Origin: Macrostomum hystrix
Lineage: Eukaryota > Animalia > Platyhelminthes
NCBI GenBank assembly: GCA_950097015.1
Contig: CATNEN010000038.1
Coordinates: 32,860,001-32,924,000 of the forward strand
Length of the DNA: 64,000 bases
Direction: 5' to 3'
Shown: positions 24,459-37,300 of the stretch, piece after piece
Layout of the letters: each line of letters begins with the position of its first letter
How positions within the stretch are numbered: the stretch's first letter is position 1
The notes under the pieces: model-generated
What the model was told of the DNA's origin: nothing
The model's database searches: none
The model's input: the letters and a program-made list of their open reading frames with translations, nothing else
Program-made: the position numbers and the translations under genes

Positions 24459-25250
24459 ATGATGGATGGAAGATTGGAGAATGATGGATGGAAGATTGGA
24501 GAATGATGGATGGAAGATTTTAGAATGATGGATGGAAGATTTTAGAATGATGGATGGAAGATTTAAGAATGATGGATGGAAGATTTTAGAATGATGGATG
24601 GAAGATTTAAGAATGATGGATGGAAGATTTTAGAATGATGGATGGAAGATTGGAGAATGATGGATGGAAGATTGGAGAATGGTGGATGGAAGATAGGAGA
24701 ATGATGGATGGAAGATTGGAGAATGATGGATGGAAGATTGGAGAATGAGGGATGGAAGATTGGAGAATGATGGATGGAAGATTGGAGACTGAGGGATGAA
24801 AGATTGGAGAATGATGGATGGAAGATTTTAGAATGATAAATGGAAGACTGGAGAGTGGTGGATGAAACATTCGATAGTGACGGATGAAAGATTGGAGAAT
24901 GAGGGATGGAAGATTGGAGAATGATGGATGGAAGATTTTAGAATGATAAATGGAAGACTGGAGAGTGGTGGATGAAACATTCGATAGTGACGGATGGAAG
25001 ATTGGAGAATGAGGGATGGAAGATTGGAGAATGAGGGATGGAAGATTGGAGAATGATTGGAGAATTGGAGAATGAGGGATGGAAGATTGGAGAATTAGGG
25101 ATGGAAGATTGGAGAATGAGGGATGGAAGATTGGAGAATGAGGGATGGAAGATTGGAGAATGATTGGAGAATTGGAGAATGAGGGATGGAAGATGGGAGA
25201 ATGATGGAATGAATATTTGAGAAGAATGGATGAAATATTGGAGAATGATG
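24459..25250. repeat. 22-bp minisatellite (GGAGAATGATGGATGGAAGATT)
   Basis: Direct inspection. Confidence 0.95.
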
Positions 25251-25659
25251 GTTACAAGTTTAAAAAATAACAACTTATCATCAAATCAGCTTTTTTAGTC
25301 CGTTTTCTGTCACAATAAATTACCTAAAAAGTTCACTTTAGAGTAGGTCAAATTGGTAAATAAAAGTGTATTTTAAATAAAAGTGGAACAGTCCGGCTTT
25401 TTGCGCTATTTACGACTACTTAGTAGTGCAGTTAGTGAAATATTTGGAATATTAATGTAATCATTGCAATTAGCACAGGCCAGACACATATATACGTTTA
25501 TATTCTGTACAGATATGAGGCAACTCTGACAGTAGGTAAGCACACACAATAAACAGGTAGGCAAAAACTGAAGGAGATATCCGAATAGTTCAAACTAATA
25601 AATTCTTTTATTCAAGAGCAAGATAACAAAAAAGCATTTAGGCACGTAGAAAACACTTA

Positions 25660-26152
<493 letters not shown>

Positions 26153-26481
26153 AGAATAAGGAAGTGAGGAAGTCAGGGATTTATCGAACGTTGAGGTCAC
26201 ACTGTCAAACGAGTAATTTCTGGAATGATCAACATACTCGTAAGCGTTAACGAGGATCCGGTCGAAAAGTAACCGATATGGATCGAAAAAGCTTAAATTA
26301 ATAGAAAAAGAGTAGTAAAGAAAGGATTTCTTTGGATTATCGAGAAAAGCTGAGAAAGCGAAATGAATTAAAATTTAATGATGTAAATCGTTTTCTATCC
26401 TTCATGAAATTAAATTCTCAATTGTGCTTAATAATAGTCAAAACAATTCCACTTTGTTAATCTAGATGTTTAGCTTGTACT

Positions 26482-26655
26482 TTAGTGAGCATCGCCGCTG
26501 CCACCAAAGTCAAAGTGCAGCTGATCCTTAAAGATGCCCAGGACGGCGGTGACACCGAATCCCAGAACCAGGCCGACATTTTGCAGTAGGAAGATTTTTA
26601 GCCGACCAATGCCTTTGGCCTTGTCACTCTCCAGGGCGTGATTCATCTCGGGCAT
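26482..26655 (-). CDS. SLC39A: ZIP exon 6 (TM8, stop); spliced protein about 509 aa
   Basis: MPEMN..FLLQNVGLVLGFGVTAVLGIF, a LIV-1 C-terminus. Acceptor TTCAG. Confidence 0.93.
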   Translation of the reverse strand: MPEMNHALESDKAKGIGRLKIFLLQNVGLVLGFGVTAVLGIFKDQLHFDFGGSGDAH

Positions 26656-26677
26656 CTGAAGGCAATAGTTTGAGCTC

Positions 26678-27975
26678 AAGCTTTGGGATTTCAGGAGCTT
26701 TGGGATTTCAGGAGCTTTGGGATTTCAGGAGCTTTGAGATTTCAGGAGATTTGGGATTTCAGGAGCTTTGGGATTTTAGGAGCTTTGGGATTTCAGGAGC
26801 TTTGGGATTTCAGGAGATTTGGGATTTCAGGAGCTTTGGGATTTCACGAGCTTTGGGATTTCAGGAGCTTTGGGATTTCAGGAGCTTTGGGATTTCAGGA
26901 GCTTTGGGATTTCAGGAGCTTTGGGATTTCAGGAGCTTTGGGATTTCAGGAGCTTTGGGATTTCAGGAGATTTGGGATTTCAGGAGCTTTGGGATTTCAG
27001 GAGCTTTGGGATTTCAGGAGCTTTGGGATTTCAGGAGCTTTGGGATTTAAGGAGCTTTGGGATTTTAGGAGCTTTGGGATTTTAGGAGCTTTGGGATTTC
27101 AGGAGCTTTGGGATTTCAGGAGCTTTGGGATTTCAGGAGCTTTGGGATTTCAGGAGCTTTGGGATTTCAGGAGCTTTGGGATTTCAGGAGCTTTGGGATT
27201 TCAGGAGATTTGGGATTTCAGGAGCTTTGGGATTTCAGGAGATTTGGGATTTCAGGAGCTTTGGGATTTCAGGAGCTTTGGGATTTCAGGAGCTTTGGGA
27301 TTTCAGGAGCTTTGGGATTTCAGAAGCTTTGGGATTTCACGAGCTTTGGGATTTCAGGAGCTTTGGGATTTCAGGAGCTTTGGGATTTCAGGAGCTTTGG
27401 GATTTCAGGAGCTTTGGGATTTCAGGAGCTTTGGGATTTTAGGAGCTTTGGGATTTCAGGAGCTTTGGGATTTCAGGAGCTTTGGGATTTTAGGAGCTTT
27501 GGGATTTTAGGAGCTTTTGGATTTCAGGAGCTTTGGGATTTCAGGAGATTTGGGATTTCAGGAGCTTTGGGATTTCAGGAGATTTGGGATTTCAGGAGCT
27601 TTGGGATTTCAGGAGCTTTGGGATTTCAGGAGCTTTGGGATTTCAGGAGCTTTGGGATTTTAGGAGCTTTGGGATTTCAGGAGCTTTGGGATTTCAGGAG
27701 CTTTGGGATTTTAGGAGCTTTGGGATTTTAGGAGCTTTGGGATTTCAGGAGCTTTGGGATTTCAGGAGATTTGGGATTTCAGGAGCTTTGGGATTTCAGG
27801 AGATTTGGGATTTCAGGAGCTTTGGGATTTCAGGAGCTTTGGGATTTCAGGAGCTTTGGGATTTCAGGAGCTTTGGGATTTCAGGAGATTTGGGATTTCA
27901 GGAGCTTTGGGATTTCACGAGCTTTGGGATTTCAGGAGCTTTGGGATTTCAGGAGCTTTGGGACTTCCGGAGCTC
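26678..27975. repeat. 17-bp minisatellite (AGCTTTGGGATTTCAGG) filling ZIP intron 5
   Basis: About 75 units. Confidence 0.98.
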
Positions 27976-28098
27976 GGGAATTTAGGGAGATTTTAAGAGA
28001 TTTGGGGAATTTTTTGTCTTTTTTTGTGAGCTTTTTCAATATTTCGCAAAATTTGCTACCAGCCTACTAATAAGTAGCACAGTTTGCATTGTACTGAC

Positions 28099-28286
28099 CA
28101 AATCGACCAGAGCAATGTAGAGAAAAGCCCCGGCGCTGATTGCGAAGATCCAGATCTGGCTCTGGCCAAGGTCGCCCAGCAGAATGCCGAAGGCGGCGCC
28201 GATGAAAGCGAAGATGGCGGCGAAGAAATGGTACATGCTGGCCCGGCAAATTGTCATGCCAGCGCTCAGCAAAATCGCCACGTCGC
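28099..28286 (-). CDS. SLC39A: ZIP exon 5 (TM5-TM7)
   Basis: GDVAILLSAGMT..WIFAISAGAFLYIALVDL. Acceptor ACCAG, donor GTCAGT. Confidence 0.94.
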
Positions 28287-28320
28287 CTGGTTCCATTGTG
28301 GGGTAGAAAAAGCTGACGTT

Positions 28321-31300
28321 TGAGAGTGCTCAATCTTGAGAATAGAGTGTGCTCATTTAACAAACTAGAGAGTGCTCATTTAACAAACTAGAGAGTGCTC
28401 ATTCAACAGACAAAAGAGTGCTCATTCAACAGACTAGAGAGTGCTCATTCAACGGACAAGAGAGTGCTCATTCAACAGACAAGAGAGTGCTCATTCAACA
28501 GACTAGAGAGTGCTCATTCAATAGACTAGAGAGTGCTCATTCAACAGACTAGAGAGTGCTCATTCAATAGACTAGAGAGTGCTCATTCAATAGACTAGAG
28601 AGTGCTCATTCAACAGACTAGAGAGTGCTCATTCAACAGACAAGAGAGTGCTCATTCAACAGACAAGAGAGTGCTCATTCAACAGACAAGAGAGTGCTCA
28701 TTCAACAGACAAGAGAGTGCTCATTCAACAGACTAGAGAGTGCTCATTCAACAGACAAGAGAGTGCTCATTCAACAGACTAGAGAGTGCTCATTCAACAG
28801 ATAAGAGAGTGCTCATTCAACAGACTAGAGAGTGCTCATTCAACAGACAAGAGAGTGCTCATTCAACAGACTAGAGAGTGCTCATTCAACAGACTAGAGA
28901 GTGCTCATTCAACAGACTAGAGAGTGCTCATTCAACAGACTAGAGAGTGCTCATTCAACAGACTAGAGAGTGCTCATTCAACAGACTAGAGAGTGCTCAT
29001 TCAACAGACTAGAGAGTGCTCATTCAACAGACTAGAGAGTGCTCATTCAACAGACAAGAGAGTGCTCATTCAACAGACTAGAGAGTGCTCATTCAATAGA
29101 CTAGAGAGTGCTCATTCAACAGACAAGAGAGTGCTCATTCAACAGACTAGAGAGTGCTCATTCAACAGACTAGAGTGCTCATTCAACAGACAAGAGAGTG
29201 CTCATTCAACAGACTAGAGAGTGCTCATTCAATAGACTAGAGAGTGCTCATTCAACAGACAAGAGAGTGCTCATTCAACAGACAAGAGAGTGCTCATTCA
29301 ACAGATAAGAGAGTGCTCATTCAACAGACAAGAGAGTGCTCATTCAACAGACTAGAGAGTGCTCATTCAACAGACAAGAGAGTGCTCATTCAACAGACTA
29401 GAGAGTGCTCATTCAACAGACTAGAGAGTGCTCATTCAACAGACAAGAAAGTGCTCATTCAATAGACTAGAGAGTGCTCATTCAACAGACTAGAGAGTGC
29501 TCATTCAATAGACTAGAGAGTGCTCATTCAACAGACAAGAGAGTGCTCATTCAACAGACAAGAGAGTGCTCATTCAACAGACAAGAGAGTGCTCATTCAA
29601 CAGACTAGAGAGTGCTCATTCAACAGACTAGAGAGTGCTCATTCAACAGACTAGAGAGTGCTCATTCAACAGACTAGAGAGTGCTCAATCTTGAGAATAG
29701 AGTGTGCTCATTTAACAAACTAGAGAGTGCTCATTCAACAGACTAGCGAGTGCTCATTCAACAGACTAGAGAGTGCTCATTCAACAGACTAGAGAGTGCT
29801 CATTCAACAGACTAGAGAGTGCTCATTCAACAGACTAGAGAGTGCTCATTCAACAGTCAAGAGAGTGCTCATTCAACAGACTAGAGAGTGCTCATTCAAC
29901 AGACAAGAGAGTGCTCATTCAACAGACTAGAGAGTGCTCATTCAACAGTCAAGAGAGTGCTCATTCAACAGACTAGAGAGTGCTCATTCAACAGACTAGA
30001 GAGTGCTCATTCAACAGACTAGAGAGTGCTCATTCAACAGACTAGAGAGTGCTCATTCAACAGACTAGAGAGTGCTCATTCAACAGACTAGAGAGTGCTC
30101 ATTCAACAGACAAGAGAGTGCTCATTCAACAGACAAGAGAGTGCTCATTCAACAGACTAGAGAGTGCTCATTCAACAGACAAGAGAGTGCTCATTCAACA
30201 GACAAGAGAGTGCTCATTCAACAGACTAGAGAGCGCTCATTCAACAGACAAGAGAGTGCTCATTCAACAGACTAGAGAGTGCTCATTCAACAGACAAGAG
30301 AGTGCTCATTCAACAGACAAGAGAGTGCTCATTCAACAGACTAGAGAGTGCTCATTCAACAGATAAGAGAGTGCTCATTCAACAGACAAGAGAGTGCTCA
30401 TTCAACAGACTAGAGAGTGCTCATTCAACAGACAAGAGAGTGCTCATTCAACAGACAAGAGAGTGCTCATTCAACAGACTAGAGAGTGCTCATTCAACAG
30501 ACAAGAGAGTGCTCATTCAACAGACAAGAGAGTGCTCATTCAACAGACAAGAGAGTGCTCATTCAACAGACTAGAGAGTGCTCATTCAACAGACTAGAGA
30601 GTGCTCATTCAACAGACTAGAGAGTGCTCATTCAACAGACTAGAGAGTGCTCATTCAACAGACTAGAGAGTGCTCATTCAACAGACTAGAGAGTGCTCAT
30701 TCAACAGACTAGAGAGTGCTCATTCAACAGACTAGAGAGTGCTCATTCAACAGACAAGAGAGTGCTCATTCAACAGACAAGAGAGTGCTCATTCAACAGA
30801 CAAGAGAGTGCTCATTCAACAGACTAGCGAGTGCTCATTCAACAGACAAGAGAGTGCTCATTCAACAGACAAGAGAGTGCTCATTCAACAGACAAGAGAG
30901 TGCTCATTCAACAGACAAGAGAGTGCTCATTCAACAGACTAGAGAGTGCTCATTCAACAGACTAGAGAGTGCTCATTCAACAGACAAGAGAGTGCTCATT
31001 CAACAGACAAGAGAGTGCTCATTCAACAGACTAGAGAGTGCTCATTCAACAGACTAGAGAGTGCTCATTCAACAGACTAGAGAGTGCTCATTCAACAGAC
31101 AAGAGAGTGCTCATTCAACAGACAAGAGAGTGCTCATTCAACAGACAAGAGAGTGCTCATTCAACAGACAAGAGAGTGCTCATTCAACAGACAAGAGAGT
31201 GCTCATTCAACAGACAAGAGAGTGCTCATTCAACAGACAAGAGAGTGCTCATTCAACAGACTAGAGAGTGCTCATTCAACAGACAAGAGAGTGCTCATTC

Positions 31301-32458
31301 AACAGACTAGCGAGTGCTCATTCAACAGACAAGAGAGTGCTCATTCAACAGACTAGAGAGTGCTCATTCAACAGACTAGAGAGTGCTCATTCAACAGACA
31401 AGAGAGTGCTCATTCAACAGACTAGAGAGTGCTCATTCAACAGACTAGAGAGTGCTCATTCAACAGACTAGAGAGTGCTCATTCAACAGACTAGAGAGTG
31501 CTCATTCAACAGACAAGAGAGTGCTCATTCAACAGACAAGAGAGTGCTCATTCAACAGACTAGAGAGTGCTCATTCAACAGATAAGAGAGTGCTCATTCA
31601 ACAGACAAGAGAGTGCTCATTCAACAGACAAGAGAGTGCTCATTCAACAGACTAGAGAGCGCTCATTCAACAGACAAGAGAGTGCTCATTCAACAGACTA
31701 GAGAGTGCTCATTCAACAGACAAGAGAGTGCTCATTCAACAGACAAGAGAGTGCTCATTCAACAGACAAGAGAGTGCTCATTCAACAGACTAGAGAGTGC
31801 TCATTCAACAGACTAGAGAGTGCTCATTCAACAGACTAGAGAGTGCTCATTCAACAGACTAGAGAGTGCTCATTCAACAGACTAGAGAGTGCTCATTCAA
31901 CAGACAAGAGAGTGCTCATTCAACAGACAAGAGAGTGCTCATTCAACAGACTAGAGAGTGCTCATTCAACAGACAAGAGAGTGCTCATTCAACAGACTAG
32001 AGAGTGCTCATTCAACAGACTAGAGAGTGCTCATTCAACAGACTAGAGAGTGCTCATTCAACAGACTAGAGAGTGCTCATTCAACAGACTAGAGAGTGCT
32101 CATTCAATAGACAAGAGAGTGCTCATTCAACAGACTAGCGAGTGCTCATTCAACAGACAAGAGAGTGCTCATTCAACAGACTAGAGAGTGCTCATTCAAC
32201 AGACTAGAGAGTGCTCATTCAACAGACTAGAGAGTGCTCATTCAACAGACTAGAGAGTGCTCATTCAATAGACAAGAGAGTGCTCATTCAACAGACTAGC
32301 GAGTGCTCATTCAACAGACAAGAGAGTGCTCATTCAACAGACTAGAGAGTGCTCATTCAACAGACAAGAGAGTGCTCATTCAACAGACTAGAGAGTGCTC
32401 ATTCAACAGATAAGAGAGTGCTCATTCAACAGACAAGAGAGTGCTCAATCTTGAGAAC
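28321..32458. repeat. 23-bp minisatellite (GAGAGTGCTCATTCAACAGACWA) filling ZIP intron 4
   Basis: About 180 units. Confidence 0.98.
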
Positions 32459-32472
32459 AGGGATTAACTAAC

Positions 32473-32986
32473 CCAGTTCGGTTGGGATTTCCTCGAACAC
32501 GAAGGCCAGTGACAAGCTGACACCAACCAGCGGGCTGATGCTGAACGCGGCTCCAATGGCGGTTCCGTCGATAAAGTTGCGAATGCAGTCGCCCATGATG
32601 GCAATCCAGGCGATGGGTGCGATCGCCTCTTTTTTGTCATCCTCGTTCGGTACAACGGAAGTGGCGTTGTCAGTCATGGCCAGTTCGATACGCGAGTCCC
32701 GAGTATTTTGAATCATTTGGCGCGGAAAGCTGCTGATGTCACCGGCCATTGTTGTGCTGATTTTACGCGACGGCCTGACTGCGACACTTTCCTGAGCCAC
32801 GTTCAGACTGTAGCTGCGGTTGAGTGCTGTTTTATTGTAGAACTTTGTCTCCTTGTGCTCCATCAATAGGCGAAGCAGCTTCTCGATGAGGTAGAACAGG
32901 TAGATCCCAGCTCCGACCGCCAGCATTTTAATCACCGGTTCGCCAAAATTCTCTTCGTAGTGATCGATGTTTGGCAGGTTCAGAAT
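32473..32986 (-). CDS. SLC39A: ZIP exon 4 (TM3, cytosolic loop, TM4-TM5)
   Basis: GIYLFYLIEKLL, IAWIAIMGDCIRNFIDGTAIGAAFS, FEEIPTELG. Confidence 0.93.
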
Positions 32987-33351
32987 CTGATGACAGCCGG
33001 GTGATTGGTTTTGAGCAATGATTTTATTGAAAGACTCTGCTCGGGACTTTATCTGCTTGGCGATTATAGTTGGGAGCTTAAGGACTTCAAGAGCTTGGGG
33101 ATTTTAACAGTAGAACGACCTGTTAATGATAATGATAGCTTCCAAATCGAATGACCAATTTTCGTGAAAGTCCACTATCTGACTCAAAATTATCCACCCT
33201 TTACAATGAACAAATTTTCAAAGCCGTTTTGAAAGAGATTCTAGGATTTCTAGACTTGTTGGGATTTCATTAGTTTTTTTGTGAATCAAGAGTTTAATAA
33301 ACAATGGGATCTTTTGAACATCAAAAGAATTTCAACCGAATTTTACCGCAC

Positions 33352-33521
33352 CTCGGGCAGAAAGATGAACAAAGTGCTGCCCATCAGTGAACTGATGGCC
33401 AGAGGCACCAGGAATGACAGGGCCATTGTGTACACGGTGGCGCTCATACAGGGGAAGGCCAGGATGCCGACTAGGGCGCAGAATTTCATCACCAACACGG
33501 CCAGGAAGCTGTAGAGCCAGG
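33352..33521 (-). CDS. SLC39A: ZIP exon 3 (TM1-TM2)
   Basis: AWLYSFLAVLVMKFCALVGILAFP..LAISSLMGSTLFIFLPE. Phases fit neighbouring exons. Confidence 0.9.
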
Positions 33522-34000
33522 CTGCGGGATCCGAGGATCGTAGTTTGCACTTTAAAAAGTAGTTCCCAGGATCAATTTGTCTTAAAATTCCCGGCAGATT
33601 GCGTAAAATAATGCGATGTTTTTTTCTGAATTTTCGTTTTCCTTTTCCCACACCAATAGCGATTTGTGTTTTCGAACACCAAGGGCGGATAGCTCAGTCA
33701 GTAAAGTGTCGGACTCTAAATCAGATGGTCCTGGGTTCGACTCCCGACCTAAGTCTAGAACTATTCGTTCAGCCTTTGGCAAGCTGCTTTGCCCCGATGT
33801 GCACACAGTCTACTCAGCTGCAAATGAGTACCGTCATTTCGACGGGTAATAATAATTCCGGCTGGCGTGGAATAAAGCAGTTCTGTGCGGCAATTCAGTG
33901 GGGTTTGGATGCTGCCGATATGTTTGGAAAAATAAATTTCATTGCTGACACGCGGCTGTGAACCGGTGTCCGAGAGAGCCGGGGAGTACATTAGGTGTGC

Positions 34001-34290
34001 TGGTTTAAAGAGTATGTTTCAGTATATTATTATTTTTCATTATTTGAAATTTATTGCACGCGTACTCAATTTCTACCCCCCATGCGCTGAGTCATTTTCT
34101 CTCTGGCGGCAACTCATTCTTGGACTTCAGCATGTACGTTTATTTGCCCACCCCAATTAAATTGATTTAAATAGACTACTGGTCGTTAGCAGCGCTGAGA
34201 GTGACCGCGTCGTTTATAGCCTATAGTTTCAACGCTCAATTGACGGCCTACTTAGTTTCTTTTCAATAGTTGAGAACAAGCTCACAAACA
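34001..34290 (+). repeat. 5' LTR
   Basis: TGGTTTAAAG..CACAAACA; two substitutions relative to the 3' LTR by eye. Confidence 0.96.
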
Positions 34291-34292
34291 TT

Positions 34293-34311
34293 TGGTAGCA
34301 GAGCGTGGTTT
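34293..34311 (+). other. Primer binding site (initiator tRNA-Met-like)
   Basis: TGGTAGCAGAGCGTGGTTT two nt after the 5' LTR; TGGTAGCAGAG is complementary to the 3' end of animal tRNA-iMet. Confidence 0.85.
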
Positions 34312-34374
34312 GTCAAGCCACCAGACATCGCTTATAATAGTGCAAGTCCGAGCTAGCCAATACAGTAGGCAGAA

Positions 34375-37300
34375 ATGAGCGACGATGAAGAACAGAAGAA
34401 ACCGCCAGAGCTCGACGTGTCATCGCTGAACGCTCTTAGGCGACAAAAGGCAAAGTGCAAGTCTGCACTCACCAAGAGCCGCAGTAGGCTCTCGTGGTTG
34501 CTCATCACAGACGAAAAGGAGGCCATTCAGAGAGAATGCGAGACCGTCACCAAAGCGTACGAGGAGGCGGCAGAAGTTCTCCAGCAGCTTTGCGATGAGC
34601 TAGAACAGCAACCGGATCCAGGGGCACAGAAAAAGCTGCTCGACGAGATCGACACAATCGAGGACGACTATAGAACAGCTATGCAGGCGGTTCAGCGGTA
34701 CCTCATGGGCCGCACAGCACCGCGAACAACATCGACTACAGCTACGGCGGCACCTGAGGAGGCAGCAGCGGCAGCAGCGGCTCAGCCACTGTGTGGAGCC
34801 AGCCGAGGCCAGCGATTCGGATTCAGCGAGGCGGCGCCGGAGCTCCTGCAAAGTCAACAGCAGCAAAATCCGTACAGAGGATGGAGTGGTGAGTTTGGCT
34901 ACCTGTCTTCAAACCAGCGAAGGGGTTTCGAGAAGGAGGACGATGATCTAGCCAGCGCTTCTGGTGACTGCTGTGAGCGTAGAGTGGGCAATTCTTCAGA
35001 GCAGCAACTATCGAAGGATCTCTGGAAGATGCTCCGTAGAGTGGAGATTCCTACCTTTTATGGCGACAAGCAGCAGTATGAAGCGTGGAAGGCAGCCTTT
35101 ATGGCTTGCATTGATAGGGCGCCTGCAACTCCGGAATTCAAGCTGCTTCAGCTGCGCCAGTATCTGAAGGGAGCAGCGCTGAAAGTGATCGAGCACCTGG
35201 GTCACTCGGCAGCGGCGTATGAGGCGGCGAAGGAGAGGCTGGAGCGAGAGTATGGTGGCAAGAGGAGGCAGTTGGCTCTTTATTTAGAAGAATTAGACAG
35301 TTCTCCACCTGTGAAGCAGAATAGTGCAGAGGAGTTGAAGAAGTTTGCGAATCTCTTAGACGTTGCTGTTATTAATCTAGAAGAAGCTGGCAAGAACACC
35401 GAACTCAGCGATGGCCTACTGTATGCTAGATTGCAGAAAAAGCTCCCAGAGCCGATGGTCGCAGCGTTTCGCCGTTGGCTATTCGAGAAAGAGAAAGCAG
35501 AGGGTGTAAGGACACTTCGAGAATGGGTGCTGCGTGAGTCCGAGTTCCGGACTCAGGCAGCAGAGATTGTGCACGGAGTAGCCACTTCCAACCAGGAGCA
35601 ACCAAAGAAAGAAGGGAAGCAGAAGACTTTCCACGTGATGCATCAAAGCAAAAGCTCAGGCGAGAGGTACTCTTGTGTTGTTTGCAAGGAGCCGCACGAA
35701 CTGTGGAAGTGTCCAGTGTTTGCAAAGCTGTCGTCCGAAAATCGATGGAAAGCTGCTCAGGAAGCCAGGGCTTGTTTCCGGTGTCTAGGACATGGCCACA
35801 GTGCTATGAACTGTCGGCGAGGTCGCAAGTGTGGCATTGACGGTTGCAGCAAAACACACCATCGTTTGCTGCATTCAACAGCAAGATCAGAGGCAAAAGA
35901 AAAGCCCGAGGCAGCTTCAGCGGCAAAGCAGCAAGCTGAGAAATACCAGCCAAAAGCAGAAACTGTGACTATGGTGTCCAGGGAGGCTAGTGCAGTGTCG
36001 CTGCGAACAGTGCCAGTCATTCTTAAGTCGAATAGACGTGCGGTGAAGGTCAACGCCTTGCTGGATGACGCCAGCACGAAGACGTACTTGAATGCAGAGA
36101 TCGCCGCAGAGCTGGGATTGCAAGGCAAGCAGGAATCAGTTCAGGTGAATGTGCTGAATGGACAAGTTGAGACTTTTATGACAGCGCCAGTAACATGCAC
36201 GTTGGAGAGTGTGGATGGACAGATCAGTAAGCAGATCACGGCTTTCACGACGGACAGTGTCACCGGAAGCATGGAAGTCGTAGACTGGCAGAAATTGGCG
36301 TCGAGGTGGCCGCACTTGGCTAGCATTCCGTTCGAGAAGATGCAGACACCGCCGATTGTTGATCTGCTGATCGGTGTCGACTATGCCGACTTGCATTCAT
36401 CCCGCCTGGAAGTTTGTGGTAAGCCTGGAGATCCGCAAGCCCGACTAACGCCTTTGGGTTGGACGTGCATCGGCAAGGTTGATGAAGTTTCGGAGCGTTC
36501 ATTGTTCGCAAATACGTTCTTCAGTGGAAGTAGGATTGAGAACCTGGAGCCATTGTTACGTCAATTCTGGGAGGTGGAGGAGGTTCAACGAATGGAATCA
36601 GCTCTAGTCACAGAGGAAGAGCAGATTGCGTTGGAGCGTACTAGGTCGTCACTAAAGTTCGTCAACGGGCGCTACCAAGTTGGTGTTCCATGGAGAGCGG
36701 ACGTGAAGATCCAGACCAACAACTTCGAGATGGCCATCAAGCGGCTAGGCAACACCGAGAAGCGGCTCTTGAAGGACCTGGAAGTAGCAAAGCAGTACCA
36801 GGATGTAATCGATCGCTATGAGAAAATTGGCTACATCAGGAGGGTGCTTCAAAATGAACAAGAGCCTGCGAACCGGTACTACCTTCCGCATTTTCCAGTA
36901 GTACGGATGGACAAAGCAACGACAAAAGTTCGCATCGTCTTCGATGCTTCTGCGGGAGGCGAACAGTCTTTGAACAGCCTGATGCTGGCAGGGCCGAAGC
37001 TTCAGCAAGATCTGGTTGGCGTTCTGCTGCGCTTCAGAAGACATCCAGTAGCAGTTGCTTGCGACATTTCTGAAATGTACCTGCAAATTGAGATCGCACC
37101 AGAAGATCGAGCAGCGCACAGTTTTCTTTGGCGGGACATGGATCCGATGAAGGCACCGCAGACATTCGAGTTCAACAGAGTCGTTTTTGGAGCAACGAGC
37201 TCACCATTTCTGGCGCAATTTGTGACACAAGAGCACGCGAAGAAGTTGAAGCATGAGTTTCCTGCTGCAGCAGAAACGGTACTCCAGTCGACTTATATGG

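Noticed and set aside
28321-32458. CRISPR-like regular repeats (also 46759-47396)
   Set aside because: Head-to-tail units without unique spacers, eukaryotic context, no cas genes.
33683-33755. tRNA-like sequence with a CTA (amber) triplet in the anticodon position
   Set aside because: No acceptor-stem pairing and it continues into a SINE body; it is a SINE head, not a suppressor tRNA.
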